64,000 bases of DNA from Stegostoma tigrinum (Eukaryota). The translations under genes and the position numbers were made by a program. Shown piece by piece: positions 62,887 through 64,000 of this stretch. The stretch covers positions 3,668,582 to 3,732,581 of the forward strand of contig NC_081401.1 of assembly GCF_030684315.1 (NCBI RefSeq), read 5' to 3'. The notes beneath the pieces were generated by a model. It was not told the DNA's origin, did not search any database, and saw only the letters and a program-made list of their open reading frames with translations. The number at the start of each line of letters is the position of its first letter. The first letter of the stretch is position 1.

Positions 62887-63648
62887 ACCTTTGATGTGGG
62901 TGCAGTTTTCTTTTTGCCTGATTCCCTGCTGAGTGTAGAAAACCTACTCCAGGAAATATGACGTATTATGCACTCAGATACGTAAAATGACCTGACGATA
63001 TGGATTTGAGCATTCTTATGAAAACAGATATTTCCATTGCAGCCAACAAGCTCCAAGGCTTCTGTTTTGAAACATTAATCAAGTTTCATTTAGTACAAAG
63101 CAATGGAGTGGTCTGTCCACATGTTTTGTTCATTCTCATGGCACTGGTACAGAATATTGCACAGGGTGGACATGTTACGGAAGAAAGGTCATCAATGAAA
63201 ACAAATCTGACTCTCTCTACACAAGTCATGTCCTGTGGAAGAAACAGTCCACAGCCATCGATGTCATATTTCATTTCATCGGTCATTACCATTTCTTACA
63301 TTTGGAGTTTCCTGCTCATGTAAACTCCAGTCTCGTGCCAATCATGAACTACAATCTTCAGAAATATGAAGTTTGTTAAGTGATGGAGAAAGCCAGCATG
63401 TTTGGCAGCATCTGTGAAGACAGGAAATGAATTTCATTTTTCGAGTGCAGTGACACTTCTTCAGAATGGTGAAGGAGCTGTATTGAGTTTTCTCTGAAGC
63501 AGTTGTGAAGTGATTGCGAAATTTGACACGACTCTTTTCACACGACCCTGTGGGTGAAACCGTCCACACCCAGTCCATCGATGCCACAGTTATGTTCCAC
63601 TCCCAAGGAAACAGGAGGAGAAGGGGCAGAAGGTTTAAATAACCCTGT

Positions 63649-63874
63649 TAATAAAATGTGAGGCTGGATGAACACAGCAGGCCAAGCAGCATCTCAGGAG
63701 CACAAAAGCTGACGTTTCGAGCCTCGACCCTTCATCAGAGAGCTCTCTGATGAAGGGTCTAGGCCCGAAACGTCAGCTTTTGTGCTCCTGAGATGCTGCT
63801 TGGCCTGCTGTGTTCATCCAGCCTCACATTTTATTATCTTGGAATTCTCCAGCATCTGCAGTTCCCATTATCTC
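63649..63874. mobile_element. 226-bp palindromic PLE family-1 insertion
   Basis: Arms 63649-63742 and 63743-63836 (2 mismatches, no loop) plus a 38-nt tail. TSD TTAAATAACCCTGT at 63635-63648 and 63875-63888. Confidence 0.96.
63747..63774 (+). ncRNA. Minimal hammerhead ribozyme motif (a mirror copy lies on the - strand at 63711-63738)
   Basis: CTGATGA-A-GGGTC-TA-GGCCC-GAAAC-GTC. Confidence 0.75.
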
Positions 63875-64000
63875 TTAAATAACCCTGTCCTCACTTTCAC
63901 CTCAGATGACACAAACTCTGTGTTCACATTGCCCTCCCACATATTGTCACACTCACACCTGAACACACTCTGTTACTTTCTTTCTCTCCTCCTCCTCCAA

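Larger units (their letters stand above)
50673..64000 (+). repeat. Segmental duplication unit B (paralog of ~19905-29560)
   Basis: Same order of old CR1, unique block, PLE, unique block, GPCR exons and downstream flank. 51975-56830 has no counterpart in unit A. Confidence 0.93.

Overview
Repeat-rich vertebrate genomic DNA, most likely from an elasmobranch (shark); this is inferred from HE1-type SINEs and the receptor family. No intact host gene was found. The window holds part of a cluster of two-exon class A GPCR genes of the GPR139/GPR142-like type. Three copies are complete but disabled: 1011-6900 (-), 26182-28721 (+) and 60788-62602 (+). A fourth first exon at 38243-38309 is intact, but no second exon was found for it. 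The two + strand copies lie in an old segmental duplication (~19905-29560 vs ~50673-64000) and carry different, independent inactivating lesions. The rest is mostly retroelements: CR1 LINEs (one young family), a second LINE family, Rex1/Babar and Gypsy fragments, tRNA-derived SINEs, and two families of Penelope-like elements (PLEs) with minimal hammerhead ribozyme motifs. The most unusual structures are 90-230 bp PLE pieces, flanked by target-site duplications (TSDs), that start at the hammerhead core. One is a near-perfect 94+94 bp loopless palindrome whose empty site survives in the paralogous duplication copy. All calls were made by eye, and coordinates of old repeats are approximate.
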